Notes: generated by a model from the letters alone, not told the origin. 64,000 bases of DNA from an uncultured Chthonomonadaceae bacterium (GCA_963835065.1 CAWIEK010000003.1:64001-128000); one strand, 5' to 3'; positions 1 through 10,839 are shown, counted from the stretch's first letter. Made by a program: numbers and translations.

Positions 1-403
1 TGCCGTCGTAGTAGGGGTCGGGCACTTCCCGCGTTCCGGCGTCGGGGGCATAATCCATCAGGCGGGCGATTTGTGGCGGTTGGCCCTCTGACAGCCGCGC
101 CCGTTGGAAGAGAGCGCTCACATCGGCGTAATTGCTTTCGTCCATCGTCAGAATATAATCGAAGTCTCTGAAATCTGCCGCGCCGACCTGCCGCGCGCTG
201 TGCGCAAACGCGATACTGTTAGACTTCAGTATCTGCTGCGTTCCCCGGTGCGGAGCCTGCCCCCGGTGCCAATCGCCTGTTCCCGCCAAATCCACTTCGA
301 TCTCGTTTTCTAATCCTGCCGCCTTCACCTTGTGCATAAACACCGCTTCCGCCATTGGTGAGCGGCAGATATTCCCCAAACACACAAACAACACTCGTAT
401 CAT
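1..403 (-). CDS. Low-molecular-weight protein-tyrosine phosphatase (3' end runs off the window)
   Basis: Manual translation from ATG at 403: MIRVLFVCLGNICRSPMAEAVF...FDYILTMD...EVPDPYYDG. Contains the CxGNxCRS P-loop and the DPYY motif. Absent from the ORF track because it is truncated by the window edge. Confidence 0.95.
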   Translation of the reverse strand, partial: MIRVLFVCLGNICRSPMAEAVFMHKVKAAGLENEIEVDLAGTGDWHRGQAPHRGTQQILKSNSIAFAHSARQVGAADFRDFDYILTMDESNYADVSALFQRARLSEGQPPQIARLMDYAPDAGTREVPDPYYDG

Positions 404-626
404 ATTTCGTTTCTCATTCTTTCAGTGTCAAGGCGCAGGCGCAGGATGCTGCCTGCGCCGTAAAAGCATACCCGATTTACAAGTTGAGAAGAAAACGCTC
501 TGCATGGAAGCCAAATGTTGGGAAGGAAATTGTTCATGGCATAGGGAATAAACACACATTCTACACGACCGAAGCACCGCAACGACAGAAGCACAACAGA
601 GAAACACAAAGCCAAAGGAAACAAAC

Positions 627-902
627 ATGCCGACAGCGCCAACGCTTAAACAAGTAGAACATCTGGTACAACAACTGCCGCACGAGGAGCAGGAAACGCT
701 TATACAGCATATTGCCGCGCAACTGCAAACAAGTCCTGCGCAACAGGCAAACGCGCAAAGCCTCAAAGAAATACAAGCCGCACAAATTGCTGAAGCCTTC
801 GCCATCGCGGACGCGCTCGCCGAGCAGGTCGGAACGGAGTTCGATTCAGCAGAAGAACTGCGCCAAATACGCGAAGAGAGACTAAACGCCTTGTGTTGTT
901 GA
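627..902 (+). CDS. Small helical hypothetical protein, antitoxin-like
   Basis: AAGGA SD before ATG; 91 aa; 'LKQVEHLVQQLPHEEQETL...DSAEELRQIREER' resembles small antitoxins found next to PIN toxins. Confidence 0.55.
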   Translation: MPTAPTLKQVEHLVQQLPHEEQETLIQHIAAQLQTSPAQQANAQSLKEIQAAQIAEAFAIADALAEQVGTEFDSAEELRQIREERLNALCC

Positions 903-918
903 GGAAAGATAAGCGCGT

Positions 919-2652
919 ATGAAGTGGCCGAACCCAACCGATTATCAGGACGCCGTTCAAAACCCCCGGCTGTGCTTTTTCGACCCGGAATTGCAGGCGG
1001 GGATTGTGGCGACAAACCCGCTCGGCCTGCCCCGCGTGGCGTCGGGCAACTTTGCCAGCGTGTACGAGGTGCGAACGGGTAAAAAGCGGTGGGCGGTGCG
1101 GTGTTTTTTGCGGCAGTGCGCCGACCAGCAGAAGCATTACGCGCATATCACGAACCACTTGAAAGGCTTGTGGCTGCCGTTTCTGGTGGATTTCGAGTAT
1201 CAGCCGCAGGGTATCCGCTTGTTCGGGCAGCCGTATCCGATTGTCAAGATGCAATGGGTGGATGGGGTTGCGCTGCATACGTTTGTGAAGAAGAAATTGC
1301 GGCGTCCGCAGGATTTGGCGAAACTGGCGGCGCAGTGGCGGGGAATGGTGAACAGTCTGCACGGCAGCCGTTTGGCGCACGGCGATTTACAGCACGGCAA
1401 TGTTTTGGTCACCTCCAAAGGAATTGCGCGTCTGGTAGACTACGATGCCATGTACGTGTCCGCATTGCAAGGCGCGAACTGCGCCGAACTCGGCCACGCC
1501 AATTACCAGCATCCGCAGCGGCAGGCCAACCATTACGATCACCATCTGGACAATTTCGCCGCGCTCGTGATTTACGTCAGCCTCCGCGCCCTTGCCGCGG
1601 AACCGGAACTATGGGACAAGCACCACACGGGCGAAAACCTGATTTTCTCCTCTTCGGACTTCAAAGCGCCCGCCCAATCCGCCCTTTTCGCGCAACTCTG
1701 GCGCAGTCAGGACGCGGAAGTCCGCGCTCTTTCGGTACAACTGGCGGCGTGGTGCTGCGGCCCAATGGCGCAAATCGGCAATTTTGAGGCTGTTCTTGCA
1801 ACACCCCGTTCGGCAACCGCGCCTGTAAACGCGCAATTACAAACAGCAGCGCCAACATTGCCGCAACAACCAATAGCGACAACGCCTCAGCCAGCGTCCT
1901 CGAACCGTTGGTGGCTGGATAGCGCGGTACAATCTCAGCCTGTCACCCCAAAGATGCAGACATCTACTGTTGCCGCAGTTACAATAACGCCTCCAAAACA
2001 ACCTGGCACTTCTGTTATTAAGCCTCCACATCCTGGACAAATCAGACTGAATCCTATTGATGGAGCAGTCATGGTGTGGATACCGGAGGGGGAGTTTTGG
2101 ATGGGCAGTGATCAAGATTACCATGCGGAAAAGCCGCTACGAAAGGTAAGGTTGAATGGTTTTTGGATGTATAAACATGCCGTGACTGTCACACAATTTC
2201 GGAAGTATTGTGATGCCGTAAGCAAAGCCATGCCATACGCCCCTTATTGGGGGTGGCAGCCAACTCAACCAATAGTAAACGTGTCATGGAATGACGCTTG
2301 GGCTTATTGTCAATGGGCTGCTGTTCAACTTCCGACGGAGGCACAGTGGGAGAAAGGCGCGCGAGGTACAGACGGTAGGATATACCCTTGGGGAAAGAGT
2401 TGGGATATTCATAAGTGTTGCGGATCAACAACAGCGCAGGGTAAACAGCAAATGCCAGTTTGTGTTGATAAGTACGCCAATGGTTCAAGTCCTTATGGGC
2501 TAATGAATATGGTGGGTAACGTGAATGAATGGTGTCTGGATTGGTACGATCCTAATTACTACACAACCGCGCCATCGTATAAGGAGTACGCCATTTTATG
2601 TAGGCCTTTGCTTGTTCACAACACATCGTTATCCGACTGGTTCTGCTGTTGA
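919..2652 (+). CDS. Ser/Thr kinase-like domain fused to a C-terminally truncated FGE-sulfatase (SUMF1) domain
   Basis: Kinase motifs SGNFASVY, WAVRCF, HGDLQHGN, LVDYD. Pro/Thr linker. FGE motifs GEFWMGS, PIVNVSWNDA, LPTEAQWEKGARG, YGLMNMVGNVNEW. The terminal RGGSW...GFR part of the FGE domain is missing. Confidence 0.85.
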   Translation: MKWPNPTDYQDAVQNPRLCFFDPELQAGIVATNPLGLPRVASGNFASVYEVRTGKKRWAVRCFLRQCADQQKHYAHITNHLKGLWLPFLVDFEYQPQGIRLFGQPYPIVKMQWVDGVALHTFVKKKLRRPQDLAKLAAQWRGMVNSLHGSRLAHGDLQHGNVLVTSKGIARLVDYDAMYVSALQGANCAELGHANYQHPQRQANHYDHHLDNFAALVIYVSLRALAAEPELWDKHHTGENLIFSSSDFKAPAQSALFAQLWRSQDAEVRALSVQLAAWCCGPMAQIGNFEAVLATPRSATAPVNAQLQTAAPTLPQQPIATTPQPASSNRWWLDSAVQSQPVTPKMQTSTVAAVTITPPKQPGTSVIKPPHPGQIRLNPIDGAVMVWIPEGEFWMGSDQDYHAEKPLRKVRLNGFWMYKHAVTVTQFRKYCDAVSKAMPYAPYWGWQPTQPIVNVSWNDAWAYCQWAAVQLPTEAQWEKGARGTDGRIYPWGKSWDIHKCCGSTTAQGKQQMPVCVDKYANGSSPYGLMNMVGNVNEWCLDWYDPNYYTTAPSYKEYAILCRPLLVHNTSLSDWFCC

Positions 2653-3069
2653 GCCGTAGAGGTGGCACGGCGTAGCGGCATCATGATTGTGTCGCCGTTT
2701 GATGTGCTGATCCGCCGCGTTCCACGCCTGCAAACCCGTCAGCCGGACGTGATGTTCATTACCAATGACCGACTGGAACTATCCGGCGGCGTGATGATGG
2801 AAGGGCCGTTGGAACAGCCGCCGGAACTGGTCATTGAAGTGCTGTCGCCAAGCGAAACTCGGCGCATTGTACAAGACAAGATCGAAGACTACCGCAGCAT
2901 CGGCGTGGAAGAAGCATGGCTGGTCAGTTCACAGGCAGAAACGGTTCAGGTCTTGCGCCTCACGGCAGAAGGCGTGGAAATCGTAGCACTTTACGGCATT
3001 AATCAGAGCGTTACCTCGTTGGTATTCCCTGACATGACGCTTTCTCTGGCCGACATTTTCGCGTACTGA
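2583..3069 (+). pseudogene. Uma2-family (PD-(D/E)xK) endonuclease with a degraded 5' end
   Basis: ORF 2662-3069 has SPFDV, QPDVMF, PELVIEVLSPS, KIEDYRSIGVEEAWLV. Upstream fragments GVRHFM*, PLLVH and QHIVIRLVLLL lie in shifting frames. Confidence 0.75.
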
Positions 3070-3112
3070 TTGCCTGTGCAACAAATACCAAATTTTAGGA
3101 ACCGAGACACCA

Positions 3113-5167
3113 ATGGCGATGGACTCCGACGCGGGAACGAACCCCGACGCTTCCAACACAACCCAAAAGACAGCTTCCCAATCCGCCGTATCCGATACGA
3201 TGGTGGATGAACTGCCGTCTGCCTTAACGGGAACGGCGATGCAGCGCAAGGCCGTGACGTGGCGCAGCGTGTTGCTATGCCTGATTTTGCTGCCTGTCAA
3301 CGCGCTGTGGGTGGTGAACATGGAAATCGTGCGCTATTCGGCGCACCCGACAACCATTTCTCTGCTGTTCAATACGGTCTTTGAACTGTTCTGCCTGACC
3401 ATGTTCAACCGCGTCGTGATGCGCTTCGCGCCGCGTATGGCGCTTGGACGGGGCGAACTGCTGCTCATTTATTCCATTTTGTGCATCGGGTCGTGCGTGG
3501 CCGGGCATGACATGCTGGAAGTATTCGTGCCGATGCTGACGTACTCGTTCAAGCATGCGACAGCCACGAACAACTGGGGCACGCTCATCAATCCGCGCCT
3601 GCCCAAATGGCTGTTCATTGACAACGAGGCGATTTACAAGGGCTACTATCTGGGCAATGACAGCGTGTGGCACTGGCAGTACGTCCGCGCCTGGCTGCCC
3701 GTCGTATCCGCGTGGACGGTTTTCGTTTCGACGCTGATGTTCGTGATGCTGTGCATCAACGCCATTTTGCGCAAGCAGTGGACGGAAAACGAAAAACTCG
3801 GCTACCCCATTGTCCAACTGCCGCTGCAAATCACGAGTGAGCAGGCGTTTACGCCGCAGGGCATGTTCCGCAATCGCCTGTTCTGGTTAGGCTTTGTTCT
3901 GGCGGGCGCGGTTGACATGATCAACAGCCTCAACTACTACTATCCCGGCATCCCCACCGTATTAACTCCCGGTTTCGGCCAGTCCTTTCTTGACCTCGCG
4001 CCCTACTTTGCCACCAAGCCCTGGAACGCATTGGGCTGGACGCCGCTTTCGTTTTATCCGTTTATGATCGGGCTGGGCATGTTCATGCCGCTCGACTTTT
4101 TGTTTTCGTGCGTGTTCTTCTACTGGTTCTGGAAGTTTGAAAAAGTGTTTTCGGTTGCAATGGCCTACGATCAGGACCCGCGCTTCCCGTACACGGAAAA
4201 TCAGGCGTTCGGCGCGTACCTGTCGTTTTGTTTGTATTCGGTATGGATCAGCCGGGGGTATCTGAAGCAGGTGCTGCGCCGCGCATTGGGCAAACCGTCC
4301 GAACTTGACGACAGCCGCGAACCCATGAGCTACCGCAACGCCGTTTTGGGAATTGTGGGCGGCGTGGGCGTACTGGTCGGCTTTTCCGCGTATCTGGGAA
4401 TGCCCGTGTGGATCGGGTTGATGTTCTTCCTGATGTACTTCGCGCTTGCCCTTGCGATTACGCGCATGAGAGCCGAATTGGGAACGCCCATCCACGACCT
4501 GCACTTCACCGGCCCGGAAACCATTATGACGCGGGTGGCGGGCAGCCGCGCGTTTACGCAGGACAACCTCGTCGTATTCGGCCTGTTCTTCTGGTTCAAC
4601 CGCGCGTACCGCTCGCACCCGATGCCCAACCAACTGGAAGCGTACAAGCTGGCGGAACAATCGCGCACCAACTACAAATCCTGGAATCGCGCTATTTTCT
4701 GGTTGGGAACGTTCGCCGTTTTTGTCGCGTTCTGGGCCATTCTGCACCTGATGTACAGTTACGGCGCGGAAGGCAAAAGCCGCATGACGTTCGGAGCGGA
4801 GCCGTACACGAAAATGGAAGGCTGGCTGAAAACGCCCGAACTCGCCAAGTTTCAGGAGTTTCTGGCGATCACAGTCGGCTTTGGCATCGCGTTTTTGCTG
4901 CAATGGCTGCGCGTTCGCCTGCCCTGGTGGCCGCTGCATCCGCTTGCGTTCGCCGTGTCCTCGTCCTGGGAAATCAACTTGGTGTGGGGGCCGCTGTTCC
5001 TCGCGTGGCTGTTCAAGACCCTGCTGCTGCGCTACAGCGGGCGGGGCGGCTTCCAGCGTTCCCTGCCGTTCTTTCTCGGCCTGATGCTCGGCCAGTTCGT
5101 CGTCGGCAGCCTGTGGAACCTGTACGGCATCGCCCGCGACCTGCCGACGTACCAGTTCTGGCAGTGA
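3113..5167 (+). CDS. Polytopic membrane protein, DUF6785/DUF6784-type putative peptide transporter
   Basis: 684 aa with many TM segments; motifs ILRKQWTENEKLGYPIVQLP, TRMRAELG, WWPLHPLAF, PFFLGLMLG. Confidence 0.75.
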   Translation: MAMDSDAGTNPDASNTTQKTASQSAVSDTMVDELPSALTGTAMQRKAVTWRSVLLCLILLPVNALWVVNMEIVRYSAHPTTISLLFNTVFELFCLTMFNRVVMRFAPRMALGRGELLLIYSILCIGSCVAGHDMLEVFVPMLTYSFKHATATNNWGTLINPRLPKWLFIDNEAIYKGYYLGNDSVWHWQYVRAWLPVVSAWTVFVSTLMFVMLCINAILRKQWTENEKLGYPIVQLPLQITSEQAFTPQGMFRNRLFWLGFVLAGAVDMINSLNYYYPGIPTVLTPGFGQSFLDLAPYFATKPWNALGWTPLSFYPFMIGLGMFMPLDFLFSCVFFYWFWKFEKVFSVAMAYDQDPRFPYTENQAFGAYLSFCLYSVWISRGYLKQVLRRALGKPSELDDSREPMSYRNAVLGIVGGVGVLVGFSAYLGMPVWIGLMFFLMYFALALAITRMRAELGTPIHDLHFTGPETIMTRVAGSRAFTQDNLVVFGLFFWFNRAYRSHPMPNQLEAYKLAEQSRTNYKSWNRAIFWLGTFAVFVAFWAILHLMYSYGAEGKSRMTFGAEPYTKMEGWLKTPELAKFQEFLAITVGFGIAFLLQWLRVRLPWWPLHPLAFAVSSSWEINLVWGPLFLAWLFKTLLLRYSGRGGFQRSLPFFLGLMLGQFVVGSLWNLYGIARDLPTYQFWQ

Positions 5168-5288
5168 CCTGACAAAAACCATGCTGGAAGTAACATTAAC
5201 CCTGCGCGTCCAATTTGCTGGTTTAGTGGCGGGAACGAATAGCTGTGAAGGCCGGAGTCAGAGTCAAGGGAAGTATAGAGAAAAAAGC

Positions 5289-5397
5289 AGTATGTAGAGG
5301 CAGCGTCGAAATCTTGGCAATGCAGCGCTTCCAGCCCGCTGTCTCGTTGTGTCAGGTTGTAGGAGTGAGGCATCAGGACCTCAGCGGCGTCAGGGCG
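5289..5397 (-). repeat. 109-bp dispersed element, copy 1 (copy 2 at 31970-32078)
   Basis: Ungapped manual alignment to 31970-32078 shows 10 mismatches in 109 nt. Confidence 0.9.
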
Positions 5398-5463
5398 GCA
5401 AAGGAAGCAGGCAGAGCATAGGCGGCTGTCTCCTTTCTGTTTAGTAGACGCATATCTACTTAG

Positions 5464-5492
5464 TCTGACGTCTTCTGTGAAGAAAAGGTTGC
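5464..5492 (-). promoter_or_regulatory. ECF-sigma-type promoter upstream of repeat copy 1
   Basis: GCAACC-N17-GTCAGA on the minus strand; similar motifs at 32204-32233 and 23218-23246. Confidence 0.45.
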
Positions 5493-5709
5493 AACTTTTT
5501 GCCTGTCCTGTTGGATTTTTTTCTGCCAGACCGGAGATTGAAAATCCCCGGCAGGAAAGTACAAGCGTCCTGTGGACGCGGTTCTGAGTTCCAAACGGGG
5601 CAGGAAGTAGAAATTGTGCTGGTAACGGATTGGTCTCAGGCCGATATTCCACAATGCTTGTGCGCGGTTCAGGCTGCCGACACGGTTGCTTCGTGAACGG
5701 AAGACAAAA

Positions 5710-6663
5710 GTGAAACCTAAAATACATCAAATGGCGGTACGCAGAAAACCCATGTGGTGGGTGTGCTTGCTGTTCGCAGGCGTTTTATACGCACTCTGCA
5801 CCTGTCAAAAAGCCGAAGCGCAAGCTACGTCGGACTCACGCCCTGTTACTTTGCACTTTCAGCAAACTCCGTTTCGCGTCGCTTTGCACGAACTCTTCTG
5901 CCAAGCGGATGTGCCTTACCGATGCAAGCCAGAACTGGAAACATTGCTCGATTCAGAAGATATCAAGGTTACGGTTGATTACAAAGAAGTGCCATTTCCT
6001 CGCGCGCTCGATTCGCTTTTACGCTTCAATGACGGCGACAATATGAGCAAGCCTATCGGACTCATGTCTTATCGTCAGCAAAAGGGTGTCTACGTCTTCT
6101 CGCGCGGTGATGGTGTTCGAGAACAGAACGTTACATTGAATCACATGGATACCAACCTGGTAGATGCTCTAAAACAGGTGTGTTCGCAGGTTAACGTCAG
6201 TTATGTCCTGAATCTCGGTCAGTATGCAACACGCCATGTTTCGTTCCCTGCATTGAACACGCCCTTTGCGCAAGCCGTCGAGCATTTACTGGAAGCCGCA
6301 CATGCCAGCCCCGATTTGGAACTTGCTGTAAAGAGCGGAACGGTAATTATAGGCCGTCCTTTACCCTTAGACTTGAGTAATTACCTGCCGCATGTTCATC
6401 CTTCACAAAACATGATTGTACTCTGTTTGCAGGACGAAAATTTGTATACGGCGCTATTTTTCGTGTGTTACTCCACAGGCGAACCGTTTCTCTTGTCTCC
6501 TGCGTCGCGCCAATCACGCGCTAAAAATATGGTTCAGACTGCCTCGGTTGAGCATGTGCTTAAGGAGTTAATACAGGGGTCAACATCCTCACTAAAATAT
6601 AGTTACAAGGATAAAATGATCCAAATCGTCGAAAAGCACCCCAGCCTTGAACGGCAATGGTAG
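5710..6663 (+). CDS. Secreted protein with repeated STN/secretin-N-like modules
   Basis: Signal peptide ending AEA|Q; repeated units 'PVTLHFQQTPFRVALHELF', 'VTVDYKEVPFPRALDSLL', 'VTLNHMDTNLVDALKQV'. Start codon uncertain. Confidence 0.6.
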   Translation: MKPKIHQMAVRRKPMWWVCLLFAGVLYALCTCQKAEAQATSDSRPVTLHFQQTPFRVALHELFCQADVPYRCKPELETLLDSEDIKVTVDYKEVPFPRALDSLLRFNDGDNMSKPIGLMSYRQQKGVYVFSRGDGVREQNVTLNHMDTNLVDALKQVCSQVNVSYVLNLGQYATRHVSFPALNTPFAQAVEHLLEAAHASPDLELAVKSGTVIIGRPLPLDLSNYLPHVHPSQNMIVLCLQDENLYTALFFVCYSTGEPFLLSPASRQSRAKNMVQTASVEHVLKELIQGSTSSLKYSYKDKMIQIVEKHPSLERQW

Positions 6664-6704
6664 TGTAAAGCCATTCGTTTTCAGAGGGTACGGAGAAATT
6701 AGCT

Positions 6705-8841
6705 ATGTTGTCAGTATGCTTGCCGGTCGTAATGATGCTTTCTCAGTCCGTTGGAGCGCGCGAGGCGCTGCTGAAACAGGCGACGGCGCATTGGAAACTC
6801 GGTAACGCTGTTGCTTCCGGCGCGAACCCGCTGCGAACGCAGGGGCAGATCGAGCGCGACATTCCCGCCGAAGATGCCGGCGCCACTCCTGACAGCAAAG
6901 CCGCGCGCCTGACCAACGCTTATTTTGATGCGGGCAACGCGCTTGCCCTGAACCCTGCCGCGATTACGGTGTATTTGCGCGCCCGTGACCCGCGCGGACT
7001 GTGGAGTTACGGCCTGTTCAGCAAGCGCGGCAGTCACGAAATAGTCACGTTCAATCTGTTCAGCATAGACCTGCCACCCACGCCCGGCCCGGACATCGGC
7101 TTTGAAGTACATACCGAAGCCGGATTGGTCGGAGCCAGTTTTCCGGTTTCGCGTATCGCGCCCACCGCCTGGCATGATTTTGTCGGCGCGTATGACGGCA
7201 ATTTCCTCTCGTTGTATTGCGACGGCAAATTAATGGCAAAACGGGCGTGGTACGGCAAGCCCACGCGCAACAACGAATCGATTCTCATCGGCGCAGAAAC
7301 CGACAGGGGGCAAATCGTCCGGCCTTTTACGGGTGAAATGGAAGAAGCCGCGCTGTGGCCGCGTTCGCTGAACGACAACGAACTTGCCGCCGTGATGCGA
7401 AAGGAGAAGATCATGCCTGATGCCGAATATGTTGCCCCCGTACCACCGCCGCCCTCGCCCGTGCATTATCGGCCCGCGTTTGCCCGCCTTGCCGATACCA
7501 TTCCGTTCTTCTGGAAGGGCGAGTACCACATCTTCTATCTGCGCTCCATTGAGCATGTGCCCTGGGAACATATCGTTTCCAGAGACTTGATCCATTGGAA
7601 GGAACTGCCGACCGCGCTTAATTGCCGACGGCGCTCCCGACAGCCCGGACGGATTCCACATGTTTACGGGCAGCGTGATCGAACATAACGGCGTGTTCCA
7701 CATCTATTACACCGGCTGGAACCCGAATAATCCGCGCGGGCAAGAGTTTATGATGCATGCGACCAGTCCCGATTTAATCCATTGGACAAAACAGCCGCAG
7801 GATATTCTCGCGCCTGATGGTACGCATTATGCCAATGCCCGCTACCGGGATTTCCGCGACCCGTATCTGTTCCGCAACCCCGATACGAACGACTTTATGA
7901 TGTTCTTCTGTTCCGGGGCGCATACGGGCGTGGCGAGTTCGCCCGACCTGGTTCACTGGACGCAGCAGCCGCCCATTGACTCGGATTACACGGGCTTGGG
8001 AACGCCGGAATGTCCCGACACGTTTCAGATCGGCAGTACGCATTATCTTATCACGTCACCCACCAAAACCAACAGCACCATCGCTCGCCATGCCGACAAC
8101 CTGCTTGGCCCGTACCACGACCCCGTTTCGCGCGAAATTGACACGCCCATTTTGTACGCCGCCAAGCGCATGTACGACGGCAAGCGCCATGTGCTGACCG
8201 GCTGGCTGCGCGACCTGGACGGCGGCACGGACACGGGCAGTTTTCTGTGGGGCGGAACGCAGTCCATTCCCCGCGAAATCACCGCCGGCCCGAACGGGCA
8301 ATTGTTCTTCCATCCCATCCCGGCAGCCCTTGCCGCGTACAAGCATCCCCTGTGGGACTTGCATAAGCAGCCCGCATTGACTCAAACGCAAGGACAGTGG
8401 CAGTACGTCGGCAAAATGCTGGAAGGCGCGGCAGGCGTGAAAGGCGCAGGCGGCAATGAAGAATCGCGATGCCAACTGGAAACGCCGCCCGATTACCTGC
8501 TGCAATGCAAGGTAAAGCTGGATAAAGACAGCGTTTTTGCCCTCGGTTTCCGCGAAAAGGAGGGGGCAAATACGGGCTACCGTCTCACCCTGCGCCCCAA
8601 CGCGCAGGAAGCGGAAATCAGCAGTTCCAACTTCCATTACCCGCGCCACATTCTGCTCGACGCTGCGCAGCCGATCACCATTCAAGCGTTCGTGCAGGGC
8701 GACATCATCGAATGTTTCGTCAACAACGCCTTCGCCTTCAGCTGCCGCGCCTACAACCACCGTTCCGGTAACTTAAGCCTGTACCTGTCCGGCGGGAAGG
8801 CGCAAGTGCAGGAGTTAAGCGTCAAAACGGCAGTCCACTGA
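6705..8841 (+). CDS. Secreted LamG/ConA-like domain plus GH32 glycoside hydrolase; single +1 frameshift at ~7620
   Basis: LamG motif WHDFVGAYDG...LYCDG; GH32 motifs ADTIPFFWKGEYHIFY, WEH..S.DL.HW, FTGS, FRDP, ECPD. Removing one A at 7620-7621 gives ALIADGAPDSPDGFHMFTGS and joins the two ORFs. Confidence 0.85.
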
Positions 8842-8905
8842 CCGGCATGGACGCGGCGTGTACATTACGCTCCGTACAAGGAAATATCGTATTGGAGGGT
8901 CAACC

Positions 8906-10585
8906 ATGACTGCAATTCGCAAAACGCCACATTTTCTGGTAACGGCTGCGGCGGTTTGCTGCCTGATGCTGCCCTGCGGCACACTTAGTCAGAAAGCGTC
9001 CGATAGCGGAAAACTGCCGGATGCCAACGCTACCGCCGCTGCAAAAAGCCTGCCCATGACGCAGATGTTGGATCAACTGGCGGCAAAACATGACTTTAAC
9101 TTCGTCATGTGCGAGGCGCCGGAACCGGACCTGACCGCCGATATTGCCTTTGAGCATCCGTCATTAAAGGACAGCCTGAACGCCATTTGCAAGCCGTTCG
9201 ATTACACCTGGCATCCGGGACCGGGTGGTGTCATGCTGTTCGAGTGCGGTTATACCAAGTTCAATGCCATGCCGCCGCTCACGCCGGGGGAAGTGTGGGC
9301 GGTGCTTGAAGATTTTGCGCAGATCAGCGCGCCTTATCACGAAATCAAAGGAGACGGGTTGCGCGATGTTCAAAAGCAGCTGGTTGGTTCGCTTACATTG
9401 GAGCAGTGGAAAACTTTGCGCGCCCGTGCCGCCGAGCGCGGCGGTTTAGGGTTTGATGAATTAACACCCGCGCAGCAACGGCTTATGGTCAGCTATGTGA
9501 CCGCGCAGGAGTTCGACTTTTTTGTTAGAGAAATGGAAGATTCCCCCTGGCTGTTTCCCTTGCAGGCCGATGAACATTCCATCCATCTGACGCTGCATCC
9601 GCCCGGATCGCCTATCCTGACCGCGTTGATGAAGCCGACAGGGGAGAAGTACCCCTTTTACATGCTGAACACGCGCTGTACGCTCAACGGGCGCGAGTAC
9701 GAAGGGTTCGGCCTGACGAGCTGGAACCCAAAGCAAACCGGTACGCCTGCCTCAAGTTACCGGGCGGAACACAACAAGCCGATTGCCGTCCTGCCTCCCG
9801 CACCCATTGACCATACGCCTGCGCCGGCAAGTGGCCTTGTTCATTTACATGCGCAGAATGCCCGGCTGACGGAAGTTGTCGCGCTGATGTCACAGCAGGC
9901 CGGCATCAAGGTTGCGCTTGACCGCGCTTTGCGCGATGTGCGCGTCACCGCCCGTCTGGACAACGTTCCTCTGGAAACCGCGCTGCAGGCTCTTGCCGCG
10001 CCGCATGAGTGGCGGACGTTCAAGCCGGATGCGCATCAGTATGCTTTGTATCGGCGTAAGCCTGCCGCCACTGATTCTCCTGTGGCTGTTGCGGCGGCTA
10101 TGCTGCGTTGCCTCCCTCCCGCCGCGCGCCGTTACATGCAGATGGATATTTCACCTTCTGATCTTTCTGCCACTCAACTAAACGACATGCGCCGGAATGG
10201 ACGCTGGAACTGGAAATTGGAACGCGCCTGCGAAGAAGCGCGCAGTCGCTGTCATGCCTGGGAGTTAAAGCGTTTTCAGGATAATCCCAATCTCACATGG
10301 GCGGACTTGTCTCGCGGCCAGCAAAATGATGTTCTTAGCGCGCAGCTTTATGGAATCCTCAAAGACGCGCGGCCCTTGCATCGCGGTTTTCCCGGCTATG
10401 TCGCCGCGCCCGGCATGGCTTTGATCGGATTTTCCAGCCCCGACCCGGCCCACCTGTCCCTGCAAATCAGTGGACGCAACATGAATGGAAGCTTTAACAG
10501 CGGCATCAGCCTGAACGACAATGGCGCGCTCACGCCGGAAAAGATGACCCTGTTGCGCGCCAATGGCGTCGTAAGCGGCAATTAG
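8906..10585 (+). CDS. Secreted hypothetical protein with STN-like modules
   Basis: GGAGG SD; signal peptide; 'VHLHAQNARLTEVVALMSQQAG...VRVTARLDNVPLETALQAL' STN-like unit. Confidence 0.6.
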   Translation: MTAIRKTPHFLVTAAAVCCLMLPCGTLSQKASDSGKLPDANATAAAKSLPMTQMLDQLAAKHDFNFVMCEAPEPDLTADIAFEHPSLKDSLNAICKPFDYTWHPGPGGVMLFECGYTKFNAMPPLTPGEVWAVLEDFAQISAPYHEIKGDGLRDVQKQLVGSLTLEQWKTLRARAAERGGLGFDELTPAQQRLMVSYVTAQEFDFFVREMEDSPWLFPLQADEHSIHLTLHPPGSPILTALMKPTGEKYPFYMLNTRCTLNGREYEGFGLTSWNPKQTGTPASSYRAEHNKPIAVLPPAPIDHTPAPASGLVHLHAQNARLTEVVALMSQQAGIKVALDRALRDVRVTARLDNVPLETALQALAAPHEWRTFKPDAHQYALYRRKPAATDSPVAVAAAMLRCLPPAARRYMQMDISPSDLSATQLNDMRRNGRWNWKLERACEEARSRCHAWELKRFQDNPNLTWADLSRGQQNDVLSAQLYGILKDARPLHRGFPGYVAAPGMALIGFSSPDPAHLSLQISGRNMNGSFNSGISLNDNGALTPEKMTLLRANGVVSGN

Positions 10586-10622
10586 AAAACGGCGCGAAGG
10601 TAGAAATTACTTTTGCGATCTC

Positions 10623-10652
10623 TTGCAAAAATAACGCTACCTGTTGTATACT
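10623..10652 (+). promoter_or_regulatory. Sigma70-type promoter
   Basis: TTGCAA-N18-TATACT upstream of the 10840 ORF. Confidence 0.5.
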
Positions 10653-10839
10653 GATGCTGTCACTACCGCGAACCGAGAACCCCTTGTAGAAGGTCATTAT
10701 GTATGCAGGCGATGGCAGTGCCTAATCCTCTGCGTAGTCCTGTTTGCTGCGCTTTGATGCGACGCTTCCCCCGCCGGAACGCCCCGACTTCCTGCATTGC
10801 TTTTTCTTTGCATCGTCGCTCTGTACAAAGGAGTACGCT

